Source: Candidatus Poribacteria bacterium (lineage in GTDB: Bacteria > Poribacteria > WGA-4E > GCA-2687025). From it: a stretch of DNA of 64,000 nucleotides. The stretch is taken from NCBI GenBank assembly GCA_963665845.2, contig OY762492.1, positions 2,848,001 through 2,912,000 on the forward strand, read 5' to 3'. Made by a program: the position numbers and the translations under genes. Positions 26,388 to 35,787 of the stretch are shown in pieces. The first letter of the stretch is position 1. Every line of letters starts with the position of its first letter. Under the pieces are notes generated by a model, which saw nothing but the letters and a program-made list of their open reading frames with translations, ran no database searches and was not told the origin of the DNA.

Positions 26388-29300
26388 GAACGGTACGCCT
26401 CCTCTTTAGGTACTTCCAGCATGTCAAAAATAGTATGCAACTGTGAAAAGATGTCGTCTGCTCGGTTTGAAGGCAAGGGCGCCGACAGCTGCGAGGGCGG
26501 TATCAGCCGCGCCTTTGCGTCCGAGTTGACCAGCGCCAACACGCGCTCCACCTCCACCTTCGCCAGTTTTTCGTCGAACGAGATTCGCGCCTCGCCGCCG
26601 ACCGCCGACAGCGACGACGCGCCGAGAGCCGACGCCCTCCCCTTTAAGCATGCAATCTCCAGCAGACAGCGCGCCTCGTCAGGCAAGGGACCGTATCGGT
26701 CGCGCATTTCATCGATGATCATGTCCCGATCCTCCATCGTACGGACGCGCGCAACGCGCCTGTAAAGCGCGAACTTGGCGCCGTTGTCCGCGATGTACTC
26801 GTCCGGCAGATACGCCGCCATCGGAAAGCGCATCTTTGTTTCCAGCTCCTGTTCAATCTCCTCGCCTTTCAGCTCGGCTACAGCGTTTTTCAACAGGCGG
26901 CAATACAGATCATACCCGACCGACGCCATATGTCCATGCTGCTCCGGTCCGAGCAGGTTGCCGGCGCCGCGTATTTCCATATCGCGCAGAGCTATTTTAA
27001 ACCCTGCGCCCAGTTCTGTAAACTCTTCAATGACGCGGAGCCGTTTTAGGGAGGTTTCGCCAAGCGTTCGGTCGTTCGGATACATCAAAAAGCCGTACGC
27101 CCGCCGGTCGGAGCGCCCGACGCGGCCGCGGAGCTGATACAGCTGCGCCAAGCCGAGGGCGTCCGCGCGGTTCACAAGGATCGTGTTGACATTTGGGATG
27201 TCCAAACCGGACTCGATGATCGTCGTGCATACGAGAACGTCGCTTTCATGCTGAATAAAGCGGAGCATGGCGTCCTCCAAAACGCGCGCCCGCATCTGTC
27301 CATGCGCGACCGAGAAGCGCGCCTCCGGAACCAGCTGGCGCAGATTTTCGGCGACCGCCTCAATGCCTTTAACGCGGTTATGCACAAAGAACGCTTGACC
27401 CTCCCGACCCAGCTCGCGCAGGATGGCGGCGCGCACCAGATCCGGCCGGTATTCGGTCACATACGTTTCAATCGGCAGGCGGTTTTCAGGCGCCGTCGCG
27501 ATGACGCTCATATCCCGCGCGCCCGACACCGCCATATGGAGCGTCCGCGGAATCGGCGTCGCGGTGAGCGTCAACGTGTCAACCCCCTTCTTGAGCTGCT
27601 TCAACCGCTCCTTCTGCTTCACTCCGAACCGATGCTCCTCGTCGATCACCAGCAAGCCGAGCTGCCGAAACTGCACATCCGCCGACAGCAGGCGGTGCGT
27701 CCCGACGACCAGATCGACCGTTCCGTTGGCGAGATGGGCGATCGTCAGCTTGTTCTCTTTAGGAGGAGTCAAGCGGCTTAGCAGGCGCGCCTGTATCGGA
27801 AATTCTTTAAAACGCTCCTGGATCGTGTGGTAATGCTGCTGCGCCAGAACGGTTGTCGGGGCTAAAAAGGCGGCTTGGGCGCCGTCCATGACCGCTTTGA
27901 ACGCGGCGCGCATGGCGACCTCCGTTTTGCCGTATCCGACATCGCCGCAGATGAGCCTGTCCATGGGGCGCGCCCGCTCCATATCCTCTTTCACATCCTC
28001 AATCGCGGTTGCCTGGTCGGGCGTTTCTTCATACGGAAATGCCGCTTCAAACTCTTTTTGCCAGAGCGTGTCGGACGAATAAGCGCGCCCCGGCATCGCC
28101 TCCCGCTGCGCATAAAGAGACAGCAGCTCCTTCGCCAACAACTCGGCGGAACGCTTCGCCCGCGCGGACGCCCGTTTCCATGCGGTCCCGCCGATGCGGT
28201 CTAGCGCGGGTCCTTTTTCTCTCTGCGGACCGACATACCTTTGTACCAGCTCAATGTTATGGACCGGCACATAAAGCATGTCGCCGCCGGCATATTCTAA
28301 CAGGAGAAAATCTTGCGCCTGCCCGTCGGAACTCATGCGCCGTATTCCCCTGTATCGACCGATGCCATGCGCGATATGGGCGACATAATCCCCCTCGCCC
28401 AGCTCCATAAGGCTCAACAGGGGAACGCCTTCTCGGCGCCGCGACCGGGTCGGCAGGCTGCGCGCCCGTCCAAAAGCGGCTTCATGCGACACCACGGCGG
28501 ACTGCATCTCTTCGCTCACGAAAGAGGCGGAGAGCGGCATCGATTCGACCGCGACTGTTTCTTTGAGCAGACCGCGCTCTTTTAACAGATCGCGCAGCTG
28601 CATGCTGGACGCCTCGTCCGCGCAGCCGACCAGCGTTTGCCAGCCGTCCGCCAGCCATGCGTTCAGCGCCTCAAAGAAGGGCTGAAGCCCGCCCTTGCCT
28701 AAAACGACCGGCTGCGTTTGAAAATCGATGCGGGTCGATTCGCCGCTCCCGTCCACCGGCGTCAAAGAGGAGCGAATCGTTTTGAAACGGGACATTGCCT
28801 CCCGCAGACGCTTTTCGTTGAGGTACGTTTCCTCCGCTGTCGTCCAGAGCCTGTCTTCGCCGCGCGCCTGCTCGGCTAGCGCGTCCACTTTTTCATGAAA
28901 GCGGTTCAGCTCGCGGAACATCCAGCGCGGCTCCGACATGATCAGAATGGAGTTGTCGGGCGCCATGTCTAAAAGCGTTTTTCCGTTTGGGAACAGCAGC
29001 GGATAATAACGCTCCATTCCGATTGGCGCGTCCGATTCATAGATCTGCTCGGTGAGCTCGTCGATTTCGGCGCGCAGACGGGCGGAGGGGTTTTCGGCGG
29101 CTCTGGCGTTGGCGCGCGTCGTCCATTCTTGCCGCGCGTCGTCGGTCAACAGCGTCTCGCCCGCCGGCGTCAAACGCAGCGACTCCAGCGCATGCATCGA
29201 CCGCTGCGTTCCCTCGTCAAATGCCCGTATCGATTCGATGTCGTCGCCCCAGAATTCGATGCGGGCGGGGCGGTCGAAGGTTGGGGGGTAGATGTCCACG

Positions 29301-29845
29301 ATGCCGCCGCGCACGGCAAACTCGCCCCGCGCCTCCACCGTATCGCGCCGGCGGTAACCGAGGCGGGTCAGCGAATCCGCGAGCTTCTGAAAGTCGAAAG
29401 TTTTACCGACCTCAAGAACGGGCGGCGCCTTGAGCGGTTCGTCTATCGGCGGAAGCCGCTGCGCAAGCGCATACGCCGACGCCGCGACGACGCCCCCGCT
29501 GATCAGCGTTTCCGCCGCCTCGATACGGTCGGCGCGCAAAGCCCAGAGCGAGTCGGAGCCGAGCTCGCCGTAGATGTCCGGCACAAGAGGGAAGCATGCC
29601 GCGTTGGAGACGCCGAACGTTTTGAGGTCGTTCTGCCATTTTCGAGCGTCCGCCTGCGTCGGCAGCGCGCAGAGAATGGAGGCGCCGGGCGGAAGCGTTT
29701 GACGCAGGGCGGCGGTGAGCATCGCGCCCGCCGATCCATGAAGCCCTGTTATATCCACAACGAGCGGGGCGTCCGAAGCGTCTAAGTGGCGCAGCAGCGC
29801 ACGGAACGGCTCAAACTTGAGAAGACGGTCTATGAAGGCGCGCAT
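26384..29845 (-). CDS. mfd: Transcription-repair coupling factor
   Basis: RGGIVDIYP, HGIGRY, MDRLICGDVGYGKTEVA, DEEHRFGV, TATPIPRT, QLRGRVGR, RDMEIRGAGN. Confidence 0.98.
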   Translation of the reverse strand: MRAFIDRLLKFEPFRALLRHLDASDAPLVVDITGLHGSAGAMLTAALRQTLPPGASILCALPTQADARKWQNDLKTFGVSNAACFPLVPDIYGELGSDSLWALRADRIEAAETLISGGVVAASAYALAQRLPPIDEPLKAPPVLEVGKTFDFQKLADSLTRLGYRRRDTVEARGEFAVRGGIVDIYPPTFDRPARIEFWGDDIESIRAFDEGTQRSMHALESLRLTPAGETLLTDDARQEWTTRANARAAENPSARLRAEIDELTEQIYESDAPIGMERYYPLLFPNGKTLLDMAPDNSILIMSEPRWMFRELNRFHEKVDALAEQARGEDRLWTTAEETYLNEKRLREAMSRFKTIRSSLTPVDGSGESTRIDFQTQPVVLGKGGLQPFFEALNAWLADGWQTLVGCADEASSMQLRDLLKERGLLKETVAVESMPLSASFVSEEMQSAVVSHEAAFGRARSLPTRSRRREGVPLLSLMELGEGDYVAHIAHGIGRYRGIRRMSSDGQAQDFLLLEYAGGDMLYVPVHNIELVQRYVGPQREKGPALDRIGGTAWKRASARAKRSAELLAKELLSLYAQREAMPGRAYSSDTLWQKEFEAAFPYEETPDQATAIEDVKEDMERARPMDRLICGDVGYGKTEVAMRAAFKAVMDGAQAAFLAPTTVLAQQHYHTIQERFKEFPIQARLLSRLTPPKENKLTIAHLANGTVDLVVGTHRLLSADVQFRQLGLLVIDEEHRFGVKQKERLKQLKKGVDTLTLTATPIPRTLHMAVSGARDMSVIATAPENRLPIETYVTEYRPDLVRAAILRELGREGQAFFVHNRVKGIEAVAENLRQLVPEARFSVAHGQMRARVLEDAMLRFIQHESDVLVCTTIIESGLDIPNVNTILVNRADALGLAQLYQLRGRVGRSDRRAYGFLMYPNDRTLGETSLKRLRVIEEFTELGAGFKIALRDMEIRGAGNLLGPEQHGHMASVGYDLYCRLLKNAVAELKGEEIEQELETKMRFPMAAYLPDEYIADNGAKFALYRRVARVRTMEDRDMIIDEMRDRYGPLPDEARCLLEIACLKGRASALGASSLSAVGGEARISFDEKLAKVEVERVLALVNSDAKARLIPPSQLSAPLPSNRADDIFSQLHTIFDMLEVPKEEAYRS

Positions 29846-29853
29846 ACGGGTTT

Positions 29854-29882
29854 ATGTTAACCGAGAGAACGCCGTATGTAAA
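29854..29882 (-). promoter_or_regulatory. sigma70-like promoter directly upstream of the mfd ATG
   Basis: TTTACA-17 bp-TAACAT, 8 nt from ATG, no SD. Confidence 0.45.
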
Positions 29883-29907
29883 GTTCAACCTCTGACCTTA
29901 GCGCTTT

Positions 29908-30315
29908 AGTTGGGACATTCCGCCTGGCGAACGCGGACGTCTTCTGCGGCGGGTAGGGCGCGGGGTTTCTGGACTCCCCCCTTGAAAAGGGGGGCTGGGG
30001 GGTTTTAGCTGCGCGCAGAATTTCGTACATCATCGCCTATAGGGGCTGCCGCCTTACGTCTTAAGTTGGGACATGTCGGCATGGGAACGCGGACGTCTTC
30101 CGCGGCGCCTCTAGATTCCCGCTTACGCGGGAATGACCGTCTGATTGGCGGAGCCTTTTCCCATAAATAAAGGCTTTGTTCGTTCAAATGTCCCAACTTT
30201 AGGCATGAGGTCGGCAACCCTACTAAAGAATCGCAACAGCCTCTGAAAAGGTTTGCCAATCAGATCGTCACTCCTGCCCCTGCGGTAAATGTGCGGGAAT
30301 CTTAGGCGCCGCGTC
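29908..30315. repeat. Composite intergenic repeat cluster
   Basis: AGTTGGGACAT x2, CCCCCCTTGAAAAGGGGGG palindrome (~29975), inverted IS1-end copy (~30029-30050), dRS3-like hairpin 30115-30134. Confidence 0.8.
30063..30199. mobile_element. 137-bp MITE-like element
   Basis: TIR AAGTTGGGACAT...ATGTCCCAACTT, internal dRS3-like hairpin; same-length homologous copy at 43719-43855. Confidence 0.7.
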
Positions 30316-30316
30316 A

Positions 30317-30889
30317 TTATGGAACGCCGTCTGCCCAGTCGGATGCTGTCAGCGGCTCTGCGGGATGCGCGATCAGGTTGAGACGCTGCCCAGGGTCCTC
30401 ATCCCGTTCAAACGACAGCTCCCCCGCCGACGCCAGCGCCGCGCGGATGTCCGCCTCTAGAGCCGCCGCCGTCTCCGCGTCGTTCGGAAAGCCGAGGCGG
30501 TCGTTCATGACAAACTCCAGCCGATCCGTCTGTACCTTGACGCCGATGTCCGCCTCTTCCAGCAGGCATGCATACCGCGCCGTCTCCGCGACCAGCTGTT
30601 GAAGCCGCTCAACGTTCGTTCCGCTGAACGGCTCGCGCCGGCTGTACAACAACCCCAGCTCCCCGCGCCGGTCATCGATGCTCACATGCTTTTCCGTACC
30701 GATGATGAGAACGCCCGGCCCCTGCGGCATATGCGTGTAGTCGGCGATGTCCAGCCACTCTTCGTTGTCGGGATCCGCCTTCAGCCAATGTGTGAAGACC
30801 TGAACGCACTTTTCCCAGTCCACCTCGACCGAATCGTCCAAAAACAGCTTCAGGTCGATTCGGTCGAGGTTCAGCGTGTCGTTGTTCAT
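30317..30889 (-). CDS. Conserved hypothetical protein coupled to the sulfite reductase
   Basis: 4-bp overlap with the reductase stop; VFTHW...DIADY.H...GPGVLI and NDRL..PN motifs look conserved. Confidence 0.7.
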   Translation of the reverse strand: MNNDTLNLDRIDLKLFLDDSVEVDWEKCVQVFTHWLKADPDNEEWLDIADYTHMPQGPGVLIIGTEKHVSIDDRRGELGLLYSRREPFSGTNVERLQQLVAETARYACLLEEADIGVKVQTDRLEFVMNDRLGFPNDAETAAALEADIRAALASAGELSFERDEDPGQRLNLIAHPAEPLTASDWADGVP

Positions 30890-33318
30890 TCCGCTTTCCG
30901 TATGATGAGCCGGTAATGGTCGCCGATCTTCTTCGTGTCGACGATCTCTTGCCCGTCGTTTTTGAGGCTGGCGGGAACGTTCCGAATCGGCTCGCCGTCA
31001 TCGATCGTGATCTCCAGCAGCTCGCCGACGTTCATCTGCTCCATGCGCAGCTTCGTGCGGACGTAGTTGTAGGGGCAGGCGACGCCTTTCAGGTCAAGGC
31101 TGTCGACGATCTCTTCAACCTTCTCCGCCGGTTTGGCGGGAGCCTTCGGAGCCGTTTTGACAGCTTTCTTCGGTTTCTTCTCCGTCTGAACCTGCATGCG
31201 CCCGTACACCTCATGCGCCTGCTCGACAAACAGGGTCGCTTCTTCGATGGCGATGTGGGCGCGCTCTTCGTCCAGCGCCGACTTGTCCATCTCGATGTAC
31301 TTGTCGAAGAACTCGGCGAACGGCGCCCAGAACTGCGCCGTCTCCACAAACTCGCGCTTGAAGTCCGCGGCGGTCGTCTGCAGGTCTTTCTGCTGAATGC
31401 CTTTCGTCGTCAGCAGGGCGTCCGCGGCGCGCTGCATCCCTTGCAGCGTGTGCAGCGCGGTCGCTTCGTACTGATCTTTTTCAAAGCGCAGCGCCGCCTC
31501 GTAGAGCCAGCGGTCCGCTTCCGTCAGCATGAACTCAACCAGATCAACCAGTTCGCCGGCGCATTCGCCCGTCCCCGACTGGAGCGAGAACTCGCGCGCA
31601 TGCCCCCAGTCGAAGTAGAAGCTGTCGTCGTCGTCAAAGTCCGGCAGGTCGTTGAATTCGGTCAGGTTCTCCTTGACCGTTTGAACGCCGATGCGCTCAA
31701 CGAAGTTGGCGAACGCTTCGCCCTCCTCCGCCTGCGCCCGGTAAAGTTCCAGGAGCCTGTCCGCAAACGCCGGCGCCTGTTTGGACGGCACCTTGCCGAT
31801 TGCAAGCCCGAACGACTGCGCATTCCCCTGCTGCTGCCCGCCGAGAACGACCTGGAAATGCGGCGACACATGCCCGCTTTTCCGCATGACCGACCCAAAG
31901 AAGCCGATGTCGGCGATGTGATGCTGACCGCATGAGTTCGGGCAGCCGCTGATCTTGACGCTCAAATGGCGGACATCGTCGTACGACTCGTCCAAAAACT
32001 TCTCCCGAAGAACCGCCGCCAGACCGCGCGAGGAGGCGATGCCCAGCTTGCAGGAGTCGGTGCCGGGGCAGGCGAGAACGTCCGAGATGCCCTCGTTGCC
32101 GAAGTCGTCCAGATGAATCGCCTTCAGGTCGTTGTAAAAGTCGAGCAGGTCGCCTTCGCTGATCCAGCGCACCAGGATGTTCTGCGGCACCGTCAGCCGA
32201 ATCGTGTCCTTCACATACTTTCGGCAGACCGCCGCAAGAGCGCGGAACTGATCGGCGGTGATGTCGCCCAGCGGAAGCGTGACCTGCGCCGAAACATACC
32301 CTTCCTCCCGCTGCGGCTTCACATTGCGATCCTTCCAGCGCAAGAAATCCGCCGGCAGGTCCGTCTCGTCCAGCGTTGAGGGCGGTTTCAACGGCGACTC
32401 TTCCGTATCTTTCAGATGGTCAAGATACTCGGTCCAGCGCGGGTCGAAGTCCAGCTTTTCCCGCTCCTCTTCGACGAGGCGGCGGAATTCGTCGATGCCG
32501 ATCTTGGCAATCAAAAACTTCATGCGCGCTTTCATGCGCCGTTTGCGTTCGCCGTGCTGGGTGAAGACGCGCGCGATCGCCTGCGACACCGGCAGCAGCT
32601 CCTCTTCAGGCAGAAACTCGTACAGCTCCTTCGCCTGATGCGGCACCGCGCCGAGACCGCCGCCGACAAGGAAGCGGAAGCCGCGTTTCATTTCGCCGTC
32701 CACCTCTTTGAGCGCGGCGATTGGTCCGATGTCATGCATGTTCGCCAGCCCGCATGCTTTGTCTTCGCAGCCGGAGAAGGCGATTTTGAACTTGCGCCCG
32801 AAGTTTTGCGCTTCAGGGTGGCGCAGCAGGAAGTTTGCCAGCGCCTTCGCATACGGCGTGACGTCAAAGGCGTCGTCGGCGCAAACGCCCGCTTCGGGGC
32901 AGGCGGTCACGTTGCGGACAACGTTGCCGCACGCTTCGCGCGTTGTGATGCCGACCGAGGCGAGCCGCCGCATGAGCGCGGGCGAGTCCTCGATCTTGAC
33001 GAAGTGGTACTGGATGTCCTGGCGCGTGGTGATGTGGGAGACGCCGTCGGCGTACTCTTCGGAGACGTCGGCGAGAACCTCCATCTGCTCCGTCGTCACG
33101 CCGCCGAACGGGATTTTGATGCGTATCATCTGGACGCCGTCCTGGCGCTGTCCGTAGACGCCGTGGCGGAGTCGGAATTCGGTGAAGATGTTTTCAGGAA
33201 TGTCGTCTTTTTGAAAGCGGTTCAGTTCGATTTCGAAGACGTTCAGTTCGCGCTCAATTTCTGGGGGTATGCTCGCAATCTTGGAGGCGATGTCAGCGTT
33301 GCGTACGGTGAGAGACAT
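30886..33318 (-). CDS. Ferredoxin nitrite/sulfite reductase (siroheme/4Fe-4S) with C-terminal TusA-like sulfur-carrier domain
   Basis: RL.HGVYGQRQ, ITTRQDIQ, ACGNVVRN, RKFKIAFSGC, ACPGTDSC, KISGCPNSCGQH; C-terminal LDLKGVACPYN...LEITID; start at 33318 (GAAAGG RBS). Confidence 0.92.
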   Translation of the reverse strand: MSLTVRNADIASKIASIPPEIERELNVFEIELNRFQKDDIPENIFTEFRLRHGVYGQRQDGVQMIRIKIPFGGVTTEQMEVLADVSEEYADGVSHITTRQDIQYHFVKIEDSPALMRRLASVGITTREACGNVVRNVTACPEAGVCADDAFDVTPYAKALANFLLRHPEAQNFGRKFKIAFSGCEDKACGLANMHDIGPIAALKEVDGEMKRGFRFLVGGGLGAVPHQAKELYEFLPEEELLPVSQAIARVFTQHGERKRRMKARMKFLIAKIGIDEFRRLVEEEREKLDFDPRWTEYLDHLKDTEESPLKPPSTLDETDLPADFLRWKDRNVKPQREEGYVSAQVTLPLGDITADQFRALAAVCRKYVKDTIRLTVPQNILVRWISEGDLLDFYNDLKAIHLDDFGNEGISDVLACPGTDSCKLGIASSRGLAAVLREKFLDESYDDVRHLSVKISGCPNSCGQHHIADIGFFGSVMRKSGHVSPHFQVVLGGQQQGNAQSFGLAIGKVPSKQAPAFADRLLELYRAQAEEGEAFANFVERIGVQTVKENLTEFNDLPDFDDDDSFYFDWGHAREFSLQSGTGECAGELVDLVEFMLTEADRWLYEAALRFEKDQYEATALHTLQGMQRAADALLTTKGIQQKDLQTTAADFKREFVETAQFWAPFAEFFDKYIEMDKSALDEERAHIAIEEATLFVEQAHEVYGRMQVQTEKKPKKAVKTAPKAPAKPAEKVEEIVDSLDLKGVACPYNYVRTKLRMEQMNVGELLEITIDDGEPIRNVPASLKNDGQEIVDTKKIGDHYRLIIRKAE

Positions 33319-33355
33319 ATCGCGCCTTTCTGTTTGGAACACGATGCTTTCATAT

Positions 33356-33384
33356 AGCCTACCTAGAGGTCAGGCGTTTGTCAA
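33356..33384 (-). promoter_or_regulatory. sigma70 promoter for the reductase
   Basis: TTGACA-17 bp-TAGGCT. Confidence 0.5.
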
Positions 33385-33457
33385 GCATGTTTTTACACCA
33401 GACGCGCGGGCGAGTCAACCAGAACCAATTCCGCGGCGTCAAATCAACCAGTTCGTC

Positions 33458-33477
33458 ATTCCCGCGCAACCGGGAAT
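33458..33477. repeat. dRS3/REP-like hairpin
   Basis: (GTC)ATTCCCGCGCAACCGGGAAT(C). Confidence 0.8.
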
Positions 33478-33610
33478 CCAGAGGCGCCTCAGAAACCGTC
33501 CGCTCTCGTCAGGCGGAATGTCCCAACGAAAGCGGTAAGATCGGCGTCAACATTTTGCGGGCTTCGCCGTTATAATAGACGCCGCGCAAACTCAACAGGA
33601 GGAACAGCAG

Positions 33611-33991
33611 ATGAAACGAATCGCCGCGTTCTTGATCATAGCCGCCCTTGCCGGCTGCGAAAAAACAGACCTGTACGCGCCGCATCAGCCCGCTCCATTC
33701 AAGGCGGATATACGGGGAGAGATCGCATCTCTTGAGGACGGCGCTGGACCGAAGACGCTCGGCGTCATGCTGGTGGAGGGGGAGATTGAGGCGGACACAT
33801 CTTATGACCGCGCCTATGTCTCGGCAACCGCCTCAACCGCGGTAAGAGAAGCGGACGGGACGCGCCTGTCATGGAGCGACCTGAACGAGGGAGATCGGGT
33901 GGAGGCGCGGTTCATCGGTCCGGTGGCGGAGTCGTATCCTGTTCAGGCGACCGCGCAAACGATCATCCGCCTTGAAGCGGGCGCGCGCTGA
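33611..33991 (+). CDS. DUF3221/YobA-like OB-fold lipoprotein
   Basis: LAGC lipobox; DL..GD.V...F.GPVAESYPVQA.A; AGGAGG RBS. Confidence 0.8.
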   Translation: MKRIAAFLIIAALAGCEKTDLYAPHQPAPFKADIRGEIASLEDGAGPKTLGVMLVEGEIEADTSYDRAYVSATASTAVREADGTRLSWSDLNEGDRVEARFIGPVAESYPVQATAQTIIRLEAGAR

Positions 33992-34017
33992 ACGCTCGGA
34001 CAGCGCTTGCGCCGCCT

Positions 34018-34089
34018 AAGATTCCCGCTTGCGCGGGAATGACGGGGAGAAGGCGCGGGAATGACGGGGAGAAGGCGCGGGAATGACGG
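34018..34089. repeat. dRS3-like hairpin followed by 22-bp tandem repeats
   Basis: ATTCCC-N8-GGGAAT at 34021-34040, then GCGCGGGAATGACGGGGAGAAG x2.5. Confidence 0.85.
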
Positions 34090-34192
34090 CCTGGGAGGCT
34101 GTCAGAAGGGAAGGGTTGACAGGGGGGAGAGAATGTCCCATGATTGCATCGTTGAGCGGCAAATGCGGGCGGCATTCTTGAAAGGAGAGCGG

Positions 34193-34885
34193 ATGAACGT
34201 TGAAGCGCAGGAGTTGAAATTCCATGCCACCGAGCAGCATGGCGAATGTTCGGCGCTGTTGACGCGCCCTGAAGGGGCGTCGGCGCTGCTGGTTCTGGGG
34301 CATGGAGCGAGTACGAACATGCGCCATGGGACGATTGAGACGATTGCGGAACGGTGCGCGGCGGCGGGCGTCGCGTCTCTGCGTTACAACTTTCCCTACA
34401 GCGAACATGGACGCGGGCGCAACTCCAACGCGCACTGCATGGAGACGATCCGCTCCATCGTCCGAACCGCGGCGGAGGTTGCGGACGGGCTGCCTGTGTT
34501 TGCGGGCGGGCATTCGTTCAGCGGGCGCATGACCTCCATGGCGGCGTCTGAAGAGCCGCTGGAGGGGGCGTCGGGGCTGATTTTCTTTGCGTTTCCGCTG
34601 CATCCGTCCGGCAAGCCCTCAACCGAACGGGCGGAACATCTGAGCGATGTGGCGATACCCATGCTGTTTCTGTCAGGGACGCGCGACAAGTTAGCGGAAG
34701 AAGACCTGTTGAAAACGTCGGTCGCGCAGCTGGGCGGCGCTGCCGTTCTTCACTGGCTCCACACCGCCGATCATGGCTTTAAGACGTTGAAACGAACGCG
34801 GAATACGGACGAAGACGTGTTTGACGAAATGGCGCGCGTCATACGCGGATGGGTGAATAGCGTCGCGGAAAGGAATGAAAGTTGA
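34193..34885 (+). CDS. Alpha/beta hydrolase family protein (KANL3/Tex30-like)
   Basis: GHGA, RYNFPY, GGHSFSGR nucleophile elbow, FPLHP.GK, SGTRD, ADHGF; start 34193 with AAAGGAG RBS. Confidence 0.88.
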   Translation: MNVEAQELKFHATEQHGECSALLTRPEGASALLVLGHGASTNMRHGTIETIAERCAAAGVASLRYNFPYSEHGRGRNSNAHCMETIRSIVRTAAEVADGLPVFAGGHSFSGRMTSMAASEEPLEGASGLIFFAFPLHPSGKPSTERAEHLSDVAIPMLFLSGTRDKLAEEDLLKTSVAQLGGAAVLHWLHTADHGFKTLKRTRNTDEDVFDEMARVIRGWVNSVAERNES

Positions 34886-35772
34886 GTTGGCAATTTGAAA
34901 GGGTCGCAGGACCTTACGCCTTCACCGAGGGTCCCGCTTGGGACGGCACAGGCGTTCTTTTTACAGACATACCGAACAGCCGCATCATGCGTTACGACCC
35001 GTCGACCGGCGAGACGTGGGAGGCGCGAACCGAAACGCAGCAGGCAAACGGGCTGATGTTTGACCGGTCGGGGCGCCTGTTTGCGTGCGAAGGCGGCGGG
35101 CGGCGCATCGCGATGTATGACGGGGAAAACGCGGTCTCGGTCATCGACCAGTATGAAGGCAAGCGGTTCAACAGCCCCAACGACCTCGCGTTCGACGCGC
35201 ATGGGCGGCTCTGGTTCACCGATCCGCGCTACGGCGCCGAAGACGACCTGGAGCTGACGCATCAGTCGGTCTACCGTTGCGATCCGGCGGAGGGCGGCGC
35301 CTGGAGCTTGACGCGCGCCGTCTTCGACACGACGAAGCCGAACGGGCTGCTCGTCTCGCCCGACTGCAAGACGCTGTATGTGGCGCAGAGCGAATACGGC
35401 GACGGGCGGCCCCGCGAGCTGCGCGCCTATCCGATCTTGGAGGACGGCTCCGTCGGCGAATATGAAACGCTGCACAACTTTTACCCGCACCGCGGCATTG
35501 ACGGAATGTGCTTGGACGCGGAGGGGCGCATCGTGGCGACGGCGGGCTGGGAGGAATCGGGTCCTGGACCGATGATCTATGTGTTTGAGCCGTCCGGGCG
35601 CGTCCTTGAAACGCATCCGATAGAGGCGAAGCCGACCAACTGCACATGGGGCGGGGACAACCTCCAGACGCTGTATGTTACGGCGGGCGGGTGCCTCTAC
35701 CGCGCGGAGACGGACCTGCGCGGCTTTCTGATCTACCCGACAGACGGGGCGGCGCAAGGGTATCTGCTTTGA
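34882..35772 (+). CDS. SMP-30/gluconolactonase/LRE family protein
   Basis: FTEGPAW, FNSPND, WFTDPRYG, PNGL..SPD, DGMCLD, PTNCTWGG. Confidence 0.93.
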   Translation: MSWQFERVAGPYAFTEGPAWDGTGVLFTDIPNSRIMRYDPSTGETWEARTETQQANGLMFDRSGRLFACEGGGRRIAMYDGENAVSVIDQYEGKRFNSPNDLAFDAHGRLWFTDPRYGAEDDLELTHQSVYRCDPAEGGAWSLTRAVFDTTKPNGLLVSPDCKTLYVAQSEYGDGRPRELRAYPILEDGSVGEYETLHNFYPHRGIDGMCLDAEGRIVATAGWEESGPGPMIYVFEPSGRVLETHPIEAKPTNCTWGGDNLQTLYVTAGGCLYRAETDLRGFLIYPTDGAAQGYLL

Positions 35773-35787
35773 GAGCGGGAGGCGGTT

